A DNA stretch of 64,000 bases from a virus. A program made the translations under genes and the position numbers. The stretch covers positions 37,465 through 101,464 of IMG/VR virus record IMGVR_UViG_3300020172_001405. One strand, 5' to 3'. Position 1 is the stretch's first letter. Every line of letters begins with the position of its first letter. The notes beneath the pieces are model-generated. The model saw only the letters and a list, made by a program, of their open reading frames with translations. It did no database searches and was not told the origin of the DNA. Positions 55,214-63,725 of the stretch are shown here, one piece after another.

Positions 55214-55298
55214 TTATATTTTCTCCTATAGGTTTAAGGATCCTTAAGTAAGAGTTTGGTACTAATACTTAAACTTTTCTGCCTAAACTCAAAAATCT

Positions 55299-56939
55299 TT
55301 ACTTAAAGAAGGGGGATGCACTTACCTCTACGGTAGGCATAACCATCTCTTGAGTTAAAGAACAAGCTAGGGCCAATGAGTCCACAAAGTCATCGTGAGC
55401 ATGCGCCTCTTCAGGGGCCGCCACTAAGAAGTTAGGACCCTTATATTGTACTTCTGCATCGGTCATTTGTTGGTAGAAACGCTTCCACATACGTAATCGT
55501 CTAGTTTTGGCGTGAGCTGGCCAAGATATCATCTGGCGTTGAATTAGGGCTTGGAGGTGCTTCCAACGCTTTGACTGCTCGGTAGGGCTAGAAAGGGATG
55601 AAATTACCTGCGCCCTAGGTAGCAAAATTTTTAGTCTTTGGGCTACAGCATCGCCTACTCCGTTAGAGTCCACCGCAACAGCCATAACGTCATAATTACC
55701 TAAAAAGTTTACTATTTGAAAATACTGCTCTTCCCAGTCATCTCCCTGGATTTCCATCCAATTTAGAATACGATGGTCGTAATAGCCAAACTCATCAGGG
55801 CGATCCCAGTCAACCCAGACAACAGTAACAACCGTAGAGTCCATTTTTCTAGCCGGGTCAATACCAACGACGACGGGAGACCTATGCCAATTCTTAACAA
55901 GCTCTTGGGAAGTATCCCCGAGATCATCCATAATCGAAGAAGTGACGAACATACCTCTTTCCAAAAGCCACTTACAGTTGTACGAAAGCTGGAACTCATC
56001 TGAATCCTCTCCGATGCGGAGCATCTCTTTTCTAATAAACTTTTCATAATTAGGGTTAAATTTAGCTACATCTTTCCAATCCCATTGAAAATGGTTTTGT
56101 CTAGAAGATCTACTTGTCTGCCTGCGTTTGTTTAATTGTATAGACCTATAAAAGTTATTCTTATGGGTAGTCGGTGTCCCTGTTTTAACCATAGTCGCGT
56201 TGTAGTACGCACCCATAGGAGCGATAGACTTAGAAACAATAAAGTCATCTGCTTCTTGACACTCGTCAATAACCATCAAATGGAAAGACTTAGATTCAAT
56301 CTTTGCACGTGGGTTAGCGGTCATCATCATAAGAGATGATCCAGAGTTCTTTAGTTTGATATTTCTTGTTACTCCTGGAGTTTTGACGGTCATGTCATCA
56401 ATTTCAGCGTCCCCTAAAACTTCTAGTGCACGCTCACTTGTTAGGCGAGACACAGTTCTAGAAAACAACGTTTCTGCTTGAGCTTGAATAGGTGCGAACA
56501 TTCCCACCCATATACCGTCTGCAAACTTACTTAATAACTCTGGATACATTTTTGCTAAGCGGGGCAACAGGACCATCAAGGTAGCAACAGTATCTGCTAC
56601 AGTTTCTGATTTACCTGACTGACGTGAGGCTAAAGCCGTTACCTCTTCGCCATCGTTGACAATTACGGACTCAATGATGCGTCTAGCTAAAGGCTTTTGA
56701 TATGGGTGTAGGTCATGACCTACTAATATGACCATGAAATCCATGATCTTATTTACAAGAAGAGTAACGAACTCTTTAGATAGCTCATCTAACTCTTCTT
56801 CTTTGTGAAGCTTCTCAAACTCTTCTACGTCGTCATAGTCGTAGTCTTCATTTGCAGCATGATCGACTTCGTCTAGATCTTCGAGTTCGCTCTCTTCTTC
56901 GTCATCCTCAAAGTCTTCAAAGTCAAAATCTTCTTTCAT
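55299..56939 (-). CDS. terL: terminase large subunit
   Basis: LHPYQ, Walker A ASRQSGKS, Walker B MVIDECQE, TGTP, nuclease GIDPA and HDDFVDS. Confidence 0.95.
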   Translation of the reverse strand: MKEDFDFEDFEDDEEESELEDLDEVDHAANEDYDYDDVEEFEKLHKEEELDELSKEFVTLLVNKIMDFMVILVGHDLHPYQKPLARRIIESVIVNDGEEVTALASRQSGKSETVADTVATLMVLLPRLAKMYPELLSKFADGIWVGMFAPIQAQAETLFSRTVSRLTSERALEVLGDAEIDDMTVKTPGVTRNIKLKNSGSSLMMMTANPRAKIESKSFHLMVIDECQEADDFIVSKSIAPMGAYYNATMVKTGTPTTHKNNFYRSIQLNKRRQTSRSSRQNHFQWDWKDVAKFNPNYEKFIRKEMLRIGEDSDEFQLSYNCKWLLERGMFVTSSIMDDLGDTSQELVKNWHRSPVVVGIDPARKMDSTVVTVVWVDWDRPDEFGYYDHRILNWMEIQGDDWEEQYFQIVNFLGNYDVMAVAVDSNGVGDAVAQRLKILLPRAQVISSLSSPTEQSKRWKHLQALIQRQMISWPAHAKTRRLRMWKRFYQQMTDAEVQYKGPNFLVAAPEEAHAHDDFVDSLALACSLTQEMVMPTVEVSASPFFK

Positions 56940-57163
56940 TGCGCCCTCTCACGTAAGGTATCAACTATTGCTTTAAGGGCTTCTATACCCACGTTTGCTT
57001 CTTCTAGGTAAAAAGTATCCCCACTTTTTTGCCAGGTTGATAAGTTACGGCTAACTGAATAGAGAGCGTTTTCTGACCAACCAACTAGTTCAGCACTAGG
57101 TAGGCTAGCAACTCTTTTTTCAAGCTTTGTTTTCTCTCTTTGTTCTTTCTTCTTTTTGAACAT
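56936..57163 (-). CDS. hypothetical helical protein
   Basis: ATGA-coupled to terL. Confidence 0.6.
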   Translation of the reverse strand: MFKKKKEQREKTKLEKRVASLPSAELVGWSENALYSVSRNLSTWQKSGDTFYLEEANVGIEALKAIVDTLRERAQ

Positions 57164-57455
57164 TTAGTTCGTTCTCCAAATCCATAGACCTAATAAAATC
57201 CCAATCAACCTCATCTTTTTTCAAACCCCTACCATTTATAGCGTAGGTTAGCGCTTGATTTTCTGAGTAACCAGTTTCTTTCCAGTGCCCTATAACTATA
57301 GCTTTACAGGTAAAGGGTACCCTAATTGCTAACCCATGACCTCTTCTGAATGGCTCGTCGATTTCTTGTGTATCTGCAGGTTCCCATAAACCCTTAGGCT
57401 TATACGGGTAAGTAAGGTTGTGCCAGTAAAAATTACCAAAGTCGCGTGTTCTCAT
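57120..57455 (-). CDS. hypothetical protein
   Basis: 111-aa ORF in a coupled operon. Confidence 0.6.
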   Translation of the reverse strand: MRTRDFGNFYWHNLTYPYKPKGLWEPADTQEIDEPFRRGHGLAIRVPFTCKAIVIGHWKETGYSENQALTYAINGRGLKKDEVDWDFIRSMDLENELNVQKEERTKRENKA

Positions 57456-58072
57456 GTGTTCTTCTTTATTTGAAGGGCTCTTGCGCCTCTGTAGGCTAAA
57501 TACCGTAGTTTAGGGGGTAGGTCTGAAGTACTTGCAGGACCTCTAGGTTTAAAGTTTAAGTGGTCTGATATATACGCCCACTTAGTGGTTAAACCTTTGA
57601 AGTCTCTCCATTCGTCAATACTAACATCGTAATAGTTATAAATTGTTGAGTCTCTAAATATAAGTGTTAAAACAGATCTTTCTGGTGAGTAAGACGCCGC
57701 AACAGTTCGTGGCCTATCAATTTGGCTAGTTTGTGTTGGGACTTCTGTAAACTCTTCATTATCAAAAGGTGCGGGGTTATAGGCAGGATCGTCGTCTGGA
57801 TAGATAGCAAGGGCATCATCGCCAACTCTATACGGACCAGTTTGGTCAATATTATACCCGGCGCCTCTAACATCAATGTTTTTGTCTATATCCTCCCCAA
57901 AGGTATCTAAAATCTCTGTGAAGTCATATCGACCCTTTTCGTAAGCACTACGAACATTTGCTGGCAAACCTTCTAGATACTTTTGCTGGTCCACTGAATT
58001 TCTTACGCTACCAATTGCAGATCTTGCTTTTCTGGCAGCTATTTGCGCGGGAGTTAGTTTTCTTTCTGCCAC
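57452..58072 (-). CDS. KTSC-domain protein
   Basis: ASYSPERSVLTLIFRDSTIYNYYDVSIDEWRDF matches the KTSC pattern. Confidence 0.75.
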   Translation of the reverse strand: MAERKLTPAQIAARKARSAIGSVRNSVDQQKYLEGLPANVRSAYEKGRYDFTEILDTFGEDIDKNIDVRGAGYNIDQTGPYRVGDDALAIYPDDDPAYNPAPFDNEEFTEVPTQTSQIDRPRTVAASYSPERSVLTLIFRDSTIYNYYDVSIDEWRDFKGLTTKWAYISDHLNFKPRGPASTSDLPPKLRYLAYRGARALQIKKNT

Positions 58073-58076
58073 TTAA

Positions 58077-58340
58077 TCACTCCTCGCAAATATGTGTTTC
58101 AGTTTGAGAATCAGGTATTACTAGTTCACAAGAGTTGCAACTGAACCACTTTGACTCTTTAAAGTTATTTTGTGCTGTTCCTTCAACAGGAAGATCTTCT
58201 TCCCCACTATCTGACTGACGATCGTATTCGTATACGATCTTTGGCTCAGCTAATAGCTCAGGTGGGAAAGGGCCCCTAGGTTCAGTTACCCTACCGGGTA
58301 CTGGGTGCCCTTGACGAGTTATGATCCGTTCAATTCTCAT
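58077..58340 (-). CDS. hypothetical protein with C-terminal CxxC...HxC zinc finger
   Basis: FSCNSCELVI......HIC. Confidence 0.6.
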   Translation of the reverse strand: MRIERIITRQGHPVPGRVTEPRGPFPPELLAEPKIVYEYDRQSDSGEEDLPVEGTAQNNFKESKWFSCNSCELVIPDSQTETHICEE

Positions 58341-58519
58341 TCAGCTGGTTGTGCTTCAGGCTCTGCCTGTGCTTTTTTCTTTACTGGCTTAACTTCTTCT
58401 TCTTTTACTTCCTCTTTAATAGCTTCTTCAATTGAAGGTGCTGGAGGTGGTGTAACTACCGGTAGCTCGCTAACGGCATCAGTAATAGATTTTTTATACT
58501 CTTCCCAAGATAATTTCAT
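58337..58519 (-). CDS. small hypothetical protein
   Basis: SD AAGGAG; ATGA coupling to the next gene. Confidence 0.6.
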   Translation of the reverse strand: MKLSWEEYKKSITDAVSELPVVTPPPAPSIEEAIKEEVKEEEVKPVKKKAQAEPEAQPAE

Positions 58520-58579
58520 ATGTAGCTCCTTTTCACCCCTAGTTTACACGTAGTCTATGTTTTTTATCACACTCAACGG

Positions 58580-58609
58580 TTGCGTGACCCCTGTATTTAC
58601 TGCTACGGT
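58580..58609 (+). promoter_or_regulatory. putative sigma-A/70-type promoter
   Basis: TTGCGT-N18-TACGGT with an extended TGn; start would fall at about 58616, where the first leader hairpin begins. Confidence 0.55.
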
Positions 58610-58615
58610 ATATCC

Positions 58616-58735
58616 ATGGCCCAGGCAACTGAGCCATCACTAACTACGTAACAAAAGGGTTGCAGTACGAACTTAACAGACAGACGTTGAGTTGCCCCAT
58701 GTGAGTGACACACATAGGGTCAGAACTGGCCTTCT
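58616..58735 (+). ncRNA. putative structured cis-regulatory leader RNA (family not recognised)
   Basis: GCAA-capped hairpin followed by a three-stem junction ending just before the SD AGGAG. Confidence 0.45.
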
Positions 58736-58750
58736 AGCCTAGGAGATAGT

Positions 58751-59272
58751 GTGCAAAGTAATGCAAAACAAAAAATTGGAATACTCGTACTATGTGCCGC
58801 ACTTCCGTGGATACCGCCAGCTTTAGCAGCTGAATCAGACGGATCTACTGTAACTGTGGTTACGCCAGTAAAAACTGGCTTAGACCTATATAGAGGAGCT
58901 ACCGAGCTCTCAGACCAAGACCTTAAAGACCTACTCAGCCAGGTAGGATTTAAAGGACAAACCCTCAGGATTGCCTGGGCGGTTGCCAAGAAAGAATCTA
59001 ACGGTCGTCCAAAAGCCCATAATGGAGACACAAGCACTGGAGATAATTCCTATGGAATTTTCCAGATAAACATGCTTGGTAGCCTAGGGGAAACTAGGCG
59101 GGAGAAATTCAACTTAGTAAGTGACGAAGATCTATTTGATCCAGTTAAGAACGCCCAAATTGCTTACTACATGACAAATGGTGGCAAAGACTGGTCTTCT
59201 TGGAAGATATACCCAGGACAGCGTAACGGAGAACGATACGAGGACTTTTTACAAAAGTTCCCTCAGAAGTAA
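58751..59272 (+). CDS. secreted lytic transglycosylase (lysozyme-like fold)
   Basis: Signal peptide ending ALA-A; WAVAKKESNG, DNSYGIFQINM, LFDPVKNAQIAY, DWSSW. Confidence 0.88.
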   Translation: MQSNAKQKIGILVLCAALPWIPPALAAESDGSTVTVVTPVKTGLDLYRGATELSDQDLKDLLSQVGFKGQTLRIAWAVAKKESNGRPKAHNGDTSTGDNSYGIFQINMLGSLGETRREKFNLVSDEDLFDPVKNAQIAYYMTNGGKDWSSWKIYPGQRNGERYEDFLQKFPQK

Positions 59273-59273
59273 T

Positions 59274-59305
59274 AAAAAACCCCCGGCTAATAACCGGGGG
59301 TTTTT
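59274..59305. terminator. bidirectional intrinsic terminator
   Basis: AAAAAACCCCCGG-CTAATAA-CCGGGGGTTTTT between convergent genes. Confidence 0.88.
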
Positions 59306-59889
59306 TACTCTACCTTACTATTTAAATTATCTATTAAGAGTCCTGCTCTAGGACCATCGCACCAAACCTCATGTGAATTTTCAAGGGGCAGATAAAGCAT
59401 ATCCCCGGGATTTAACGTATGGGTGATGCCGCCGTCTATTTTCCAGAAAGATGTACCTAGTATTTGCCAATAAAATATATCGTGAGGGTCGTGGTGATCT
59501 GAAACAAGCCTGTTAGATAAAGAAACCCTTATTCCTTGAAAGTGCCAATCAAGGTCACAGTTATGGGACATAGTTTTATAGTAATTACATGAGGTATCTT
59601 CTTGTTCATTGTTTAAACCGTATAGAAGTTCTGATACGCCCTTAAATTCTTTAAATATGCCGGATGTTTGGGGGGCAAGCCAAAACTTGTTCTGTATTTG
59701 TACATTGCCGATCGAGGTAAAGTCACCGCTATTCTGTTGCTCTACTCTTTTTGCTAAGTCATGGTTTGTAGTCGTCGACTCTTTGTATAAAAAGGTTAGG
59801 ACCTCTTCCCAAGTAATATCTGGAGTTTGGTAGTTTTCAAATACAATTCCATGACTATTTTGCTTAGCTTCTTTAATTTTATCTAACAT
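59305..59889 (-). CDS. JmjC/cupin-type oxygenase
   Basis: HHDPHDIFYWQILGTSFW...LNPGDMLYLP...HEV...PR. Confidence 0.8.
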   Translation of the reverse strand: MLDKIKEAKQNSHGIVFENYQTPDITWEEVLTFLYKESTTTNHDLAKRVEQQNSGDFTSIGNVQIQNKFWLAPQTSGIFKEFKGVSELLYGLNNEQEDTSCNYYKTMSHNCDLDWHFQGIRVSLSNRLVSDHHDPHDIFYWQILGTSFWKIDGGITHTLNPGDMLYLPLENSHEVWCDGPRAGLLIDNLNSKVE

Positions 59890-59895
59890 CGCCCA

Positions 59896-60204
59896 CTATT
59901 TCTTTTTGTAGTTTGCTCTAATAGAACCGGTTTCGTTTATAGTAATTTCAGCATTCTGTAACATATGTAAATCTAAGTAGTCATTTCCTGCCGCACAGTG
60001 GGGGCAATCATCAGTGTGCCCTAAATTTCTAGGGACCTTTCTACCTTCTTTGTGGTCAAACTCTAAAAACTCATGCTGTCTATTAGGGCCATGTTTGCCA
60101 GAAACCACATCGCAACGGAGGCAGTCTTCATGATCCATATTAGTTTCAAAACGGTGGCCGTTTTTAAAAGCCTCTATGTGCTCTAATTCATTTTTATCAA
60201 ACAT
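59896..60204 (-). CDS. hypothetical His/Cys-containing protein
   Basis: Two H.F....H...CxxC...H units. Confidence 0.6.
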   Translation of the reverse strand: MFDKNELEHIEAFKNGHRFETNMDHEDCLRCDVVSGKHGPNRQHEFLEFDHKEGRKVPRNLGHTDDCPHCAAGNDYLDLHMLQNAEITINETGSIRANYKKK

Positions 60205-60210
60205 TGTTTA

Positions 60211-60762
60211 CTACTTACCGCAGGTTGGGCACTTAGCTGCTGCTGGAGCCGCTGCCCCTGCTGCCTTGAACTTAGGGCGACCAAAGCCAACGATTGAAAT
60301 CAAGACTCCAGCCTTGTTCTTCTTAAATGCACGAAGCTGCTTGCACACTTCTCCGCCATTTCTTTGGCTTCCAGACTTCTTTGAAGATGTGTTGCCTTCT
60401 ATGCACCAAACGGTTCCGTCTTCATTGTCTTTTACAACAATGCCTACATGGCTAATTCGGTCTACACCATCTGAAGGAAAATCAAAATAAACGATATCTC
60501 CTGGTTCTGGGTCTGCAACGTCCCCATCAATCCACTGACCAGCCTTCTTAAATGCTTGCGCTCCGCCGGGTGTGTACACAGTATTAGGTACCTTTACCCC
60601 AGCTTCGTTAGCGCACCAGTTAATAAAACTTCCGCACCATGGTTGAAAGTTAGCTTTAGTGTACTTGCCGTACTTTGTCTCATTGTCTTTAGGGCCTTCA
60701 ATAGTGCCTAGCTCTGCTGTAGCAACTTCAATAAGGCGGGCCGCTGTTCCTTGGTCTGCCAT
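60211..60762 (-). CDS. CHAP-domain endolysin
   Basis: QPWCGSF, PGDIVYF, SHVGIV, IEGNT, GFGRP. Confidence 0.9.
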   Translation of the reverse strand: MADQGTAARLIEVATAELGTIEGPKDNETKYGKYTKANFQPWCGSFINWCANEAGVKVPNTVYTPGGAQAFKKAGQWIDGDVADPEPGDIVYFDFPSDGVDRISHVGIVVKDNEDGTVWCIEGNTSSKKSGSQRNGGEVCKQLRAFKKNKAGVLISIVGFGRPKFKAAGAAAPAAAKCPTCGK

Positions 60763-60998
60763 TACTTACCCTTTCTCTTTCTCTTTATTGGAATTTTAGG
60801 TGTTGACGGAGACTCGGTGCGTACGCCCTTGCGAACCTTCTCTTCTCGATCATTAAGTTTGGGAATGTTTTCGTTTTTTAACTGGGGAAAACCTTTAACG
60901 GCTTCCTTTGTATTAAGACGGAATTCTTTAGTAGTGTTTTTATACTTAACTTTGCCCGAACCTTTTTTACGCGGTAAGTTTTTTTTTGTAGATTCCAT
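60762..60998 (-). CDS. small Lys-rich protein
   Basis: Start re-called at ATG 60998, just after the upstream stop; TAATG coupling to the endolysin. Confidence 0.6.
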   Translation of the reverse strand: MESTKKNLPRKKGSGKVKYKNTTKEFRLNTKEAVKGFPQLKNENIPKLNDREEKVRKGVRTESPSTPKIPIKRKRKGK

Positions 60999-61002
60999 TA
61001 TT

Positions 61003-61410
61003 TTATTTGTCCCAATCTTCGTCAACGGGTTGTTCTTCTGGCATAGCGCCATTTGGCTTTGCTGCTAAACGAGCAGCGGTGGCATCAATCTCTGCTTCAA
61101 GCTTCTTATCAGCCTGTGTGTTCTTAGCGTCCATCTCTTTGTTCTGTAGTTGGGCTGCCATAACGTCTTTAGCGCCAGAAGAACCAATAAGAATGCCCGC
61201 GAGTGTTCCCGTAATAAAAGTAGCAATGCTGCCTAGAACATTGAAGAACATCTTGTCATTTTCTGACTGTGCTCCAATTGGCTGCGTTACAAACAAAAGG
61301 CCATAAAGAATGCCGAGTGATGTGCATAGCAAGATTGTTCCTAGTGTAATTCCTAGAACAAACTTTAATCTAGCATCTAGATCTTGTGGTGTTAGCTTTT
61401 CTTTAGCCAT
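61003..61410 (-). CDS. two-TM membrane protein (holin-like)
   Basis: Two hydrophobic helices and a charged C-terminal tail; lysis context. Confidence 0.65.
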   Translation of the reverse strand: MAKEKLTPQDLDARLKFVLGITLGTILLCTSLGILYGLLFVTQPIGAQSENDKMFFNVLGSIATFITGTLAGILIGSSGAKDVMAAQLQNKEMDAKNTQADKKLEAEIDATAARLAAKPNGAMPEEQPVDEDWDK

Positions 61411-61603
61411 TTGGTGTTCCTTCTGGTTGAGGTGTTTTTACTAAGTCTACAGGACAAGTTTGTGACGCAGTGCAAATAGGGGGCTTACATTCTGCGATTT
61501 CCCAGTTTTTTGGGTCCTGGCAAGGATATCGATAGAAACCTTGATAGCCGCAGCCAGTTAAAGATAAGGCTAATATTGCGGCTAGTAAAGACCTTTTAAT
61601 CAT
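61403..61603 (-). CDS. small lipoprotein
   Basis: [18 protein letters not shown] lipobox; four more Cys; Pro-rich. Confidence 0.75.
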   Translation of the reverse strand: MIKRSLLAAILALSLTGCGYQGFYRYPCQDPKNWEIAECKPPICTASQTCPVDLVKTPQPEGTPNG

Positions 61604-61770
61604 TCTTCATCCTTTGGATTACGTAATCGGTAAGTCACCGCCCACGCAAATATTGTGCCTACAATCGCATAGCCTACAATAGTTTTAGCTGACCCGTCTA
61701 GAACAACCCAGGCAATAAACATGCCTAATAGTGTCCATAGCTGGTCGATCATATCTCTTAGTACTCTCAC
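61600..61770 (-). CDS. small two-TM membrane protein, 56 aa (holin candidate)
   Basis: Manual: [56 protein letters not shown]; GTGA and ATGA overlaps on both sides. Confidence 0.75.
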   Translation of the reverse strand: MRVLRDMIDQLWTLLGMFIAWVVLDGSAKTIVGYAIVGTIFAWAVTYRLRNPKDEE

Positions 61771-63650
61771 GGTTTTCTCCTATATCCTGATGGGCCAGAA
61801 GCGCCTCCGCCTCCAGTACTTCCTCCTGTTGAGCCACTTGCAGCACCTGCAGCAGCACCAACAGCATTTATCGCAGCACCTGCTGCAATAACTGTTGCAA
61901 CAACAGCTTTTGTTGATTCTTCACGCTCTTCAGTGGACATATCAGCACCGATACTTGCGAATGCTTGTAGTGCTTCACCTGGGTCGCTAAATATTGCGCC
62001 GATTAATTCCGATGGGTTTTCTAGTAAAACTAGAGCCGCAGCTACGTCTGCTGTAATTATAACTTCGTTCCCTTCTTCATCCTGCCTAACCTCAACAGGG
62101 GTCTCTTCAGGAAGGTCTTTGTACTCAATTCCAGCATCTTGGATCTGCTCTTTAGTAAGAGTCTCGCCAGGGACTACTGATTCAATAAGAGCTTCCGCAA
62201 CTAATTCCTTTTCGGCGGTAGTCAATTTTCCGTCTTCAGACAAAGCCTCAGATAGAGCAGACACTTCTTCAGCCGTAACTTCACCATCTGCGTTTAAAGC
62301 ATCCATAACGGCTTCAGAATCAGCAGCAGAAAGAGTGCCGTCAGATAAAACATCCTCTACAGCACTGGCGACTTCTTCAGCTTCTGTGGTAGGATCTGGT
62401 TCTGGTTCTGGAGCAGGTTCCGGAGCAATTTCTTCAATAGGAGGTTCTAATGGTTCTGTGGACGGATTTTCTGGCTCTGGCTCTGGTAACACTGGTTCTA
62501 GTGGTGGTTCCTCGGGTGTGGCAGGTTCCTCAGGCGCCTCGGGCTCTACGGGTGGCGCTTCGGGCTCTACCGGTTCTGGTAGGGGCTCTGTGGGTGGCTC
62601 TGGCTCTTCTGTGGGTGGGTCAATAGGTGTTGGCTCAGGATCAGGTATTGCGACAGGTGGTTCAGTCTCTACGGGAGGCTCAGGAACAGGTTCTGGCGTT
62701 GGCTCAGGAACAGGTACGGGCTCTAGGGTTGGCGGCGGCTCAGTTGGAGTCACTGGCACAGGCTCAGAAGGCGGCAATGGAGTGGGATCTACAGGGGGCA
62801 CGGGCGTTGGTTCGGGCTGAGGAACAGGTTGAGGTTCTGGAACCGTGGGAGAAACCACAGGTGGTTCGGGAGATGGAGTTGGGGTAGGTGTCGGAGTTGA
62901 TTCTGGTTGTGGTTGTGGTGTTGGTTCCACTGCTGGTGGGATTGTTGGTATGGGTGTTGGCTCAACAGGAACAGGAGTAGGTGATGGAGTTGGTTCTGGT
63001 GTTTGTGGGGTTGCTGATGGGCTCGGTTCTGGGCTACTGGTCGGTGTTACTTCGGGTGTGGCGCTTGGAGAAGGAGTTGGCGCAGGCGTTGGCTCAGGTT
63101 GAGGAGTTGGCTCCGAAGTCGGAGTGGGTGTGGGTTCAGAAGTCGGAGTGGGAGTCGGTGAAGGTGAGACAGACGGACTTGGAGATGGCTCTGGACTCGG
63201 CACGGGGGAAGTTGATGGTTCGGGAGTAGGGGTTGTCGCGGTTGCTGTATCAGAAGGTGTTGGAGTCGGAGTAGGGGTTGTTGCAGTAGATGTATCAGAA
63301 GGTGTAGGTGTAGGAGATGGTTCTGGAGTAGGTGTTGGAGTTGGAGTTGGCTCTACTCCACCGTAATAACGAAGTGGTCCTTCAGGAACAGTTGTTGAAA
63401 CAAAAATTGGAAATCCACCAGAAAATCCGCCTTCACAGTACAGGCGTGCAATATCACCTTTACCTTGGAAAAAGATGTTTGAGTTATCCCAGCCAACGTT
63501 AGAAACTTTTTGAGTTCCGTCGTCTTTGGCGCAGGTGATTGTTGTACCCGCTGGGGTCATGGCTGCATAAGCAGGGTTCGGGAATAATAAAGGAAAGAAG
63601 GCTCCGGATATTAAAACAAATAGTGCTGCGAATAGGCGCAAGCGCTTCAT
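61767..63650 (-). CDS. exported Pro/Thr/Glu-rich surface protein with C-terminal membrane anchor
   Basis: Signal peptide (AYA-A), small Cys-pair domain, ~320 aa of PT/PS/PE repeats, acidic helical domain, hydrophobic segment and basic tail. Confidence 0.8.
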   Translation of the reverse strand: MKRLRLFAALFVLISGAFFPLLFPNPAYAAMTPAGTTITCAKDDGTQKVSNVGWDNSNIFFQGKGDIARLYCEGGFSGGFPIFVSTTVPEGPLRYYGGVEPTPTPTPTPEPSPTPTPSDTSTATTPTPTPTPSDTATATTPTPEPSTSPVPSPEPSPSPSVSPSPTPTPTSEPTPTPTSEPTPQPEPTPAPTPSPSATPEVTPTSSPEPSPSATPQTPEPTPSPTPVPVEPTPIPTIPPAVEPTPQPQPESTPTPTPTPSPEPPVVSPTVPEPQPVPQPEPTPVPPVDPTPLPPSEPVPVTPTEPPPTLEPVPVPEPTPEPVPEPPVETEPPVAIPDPEPTPIDPPTEEPEPPTEPLPEPVEPEAPPVEPEAPEEPATPEEPPLEPVLPEPEPENPSTEPLEPPIEEIAPEPAPEPEPDPTTEAEEVASAVEDVLSDGTLSAADSEAVMDALNADGEVTAEEVSALSEALSEDGKLTTAEKELVAEALIESVVPGETLTKEQIQDAGIEYKDLPEETPVEVRQDEEGNEVIITADVAAALVLLENPSELIGAIFSDPGEALQAFASIGADMSTEEREESTKAVVATVIAAGAAINAVGAAAGAASGSTGGSTGGGGASGPSGYRRKP

Positions 63651-63680
63651 ATGTAAAACTAATATATCATTTTAAAATGC

Positions 63681-63709
63681 AAAAAGCCCGCCAAACTGGC
63701 GGGCCTTTT
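63681..63709. terminator. intrinsic terminator (bidirectional form)
   Basis: AAAAAGCCCGCCA-AAC-TGGCGGGCCTTTT. Confidence 0.85.
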
Positions 63710-63725
63710 GTTTGTGTTGGAAAGC

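Noticed and set aside
58616-58735. tRNA, c-di-AMP riboswitch or hammerhead ribozyme
   Set aside because: No T-loop GTTC or cloverleaf, no ydaO consensus, and no CUGAnGA/GAAA core recognised by eye.
114-61306. Other short plus-strand and alternate-frame ORFs in the track (e.g. 831..1091, 26615..26944, 45675..46202, 47599..48012, 51956..52294, 58720..59037)
   Set aside because: They lie within well-supported genes on the opposite strand or in another frame and show no motifs or RBS.
61933-63366. Several plus-strand Gly/Ser/Val-rich ORFs
   Set aside because: Antisense shadows of the Pro-rich repeat gene 61767..63650.
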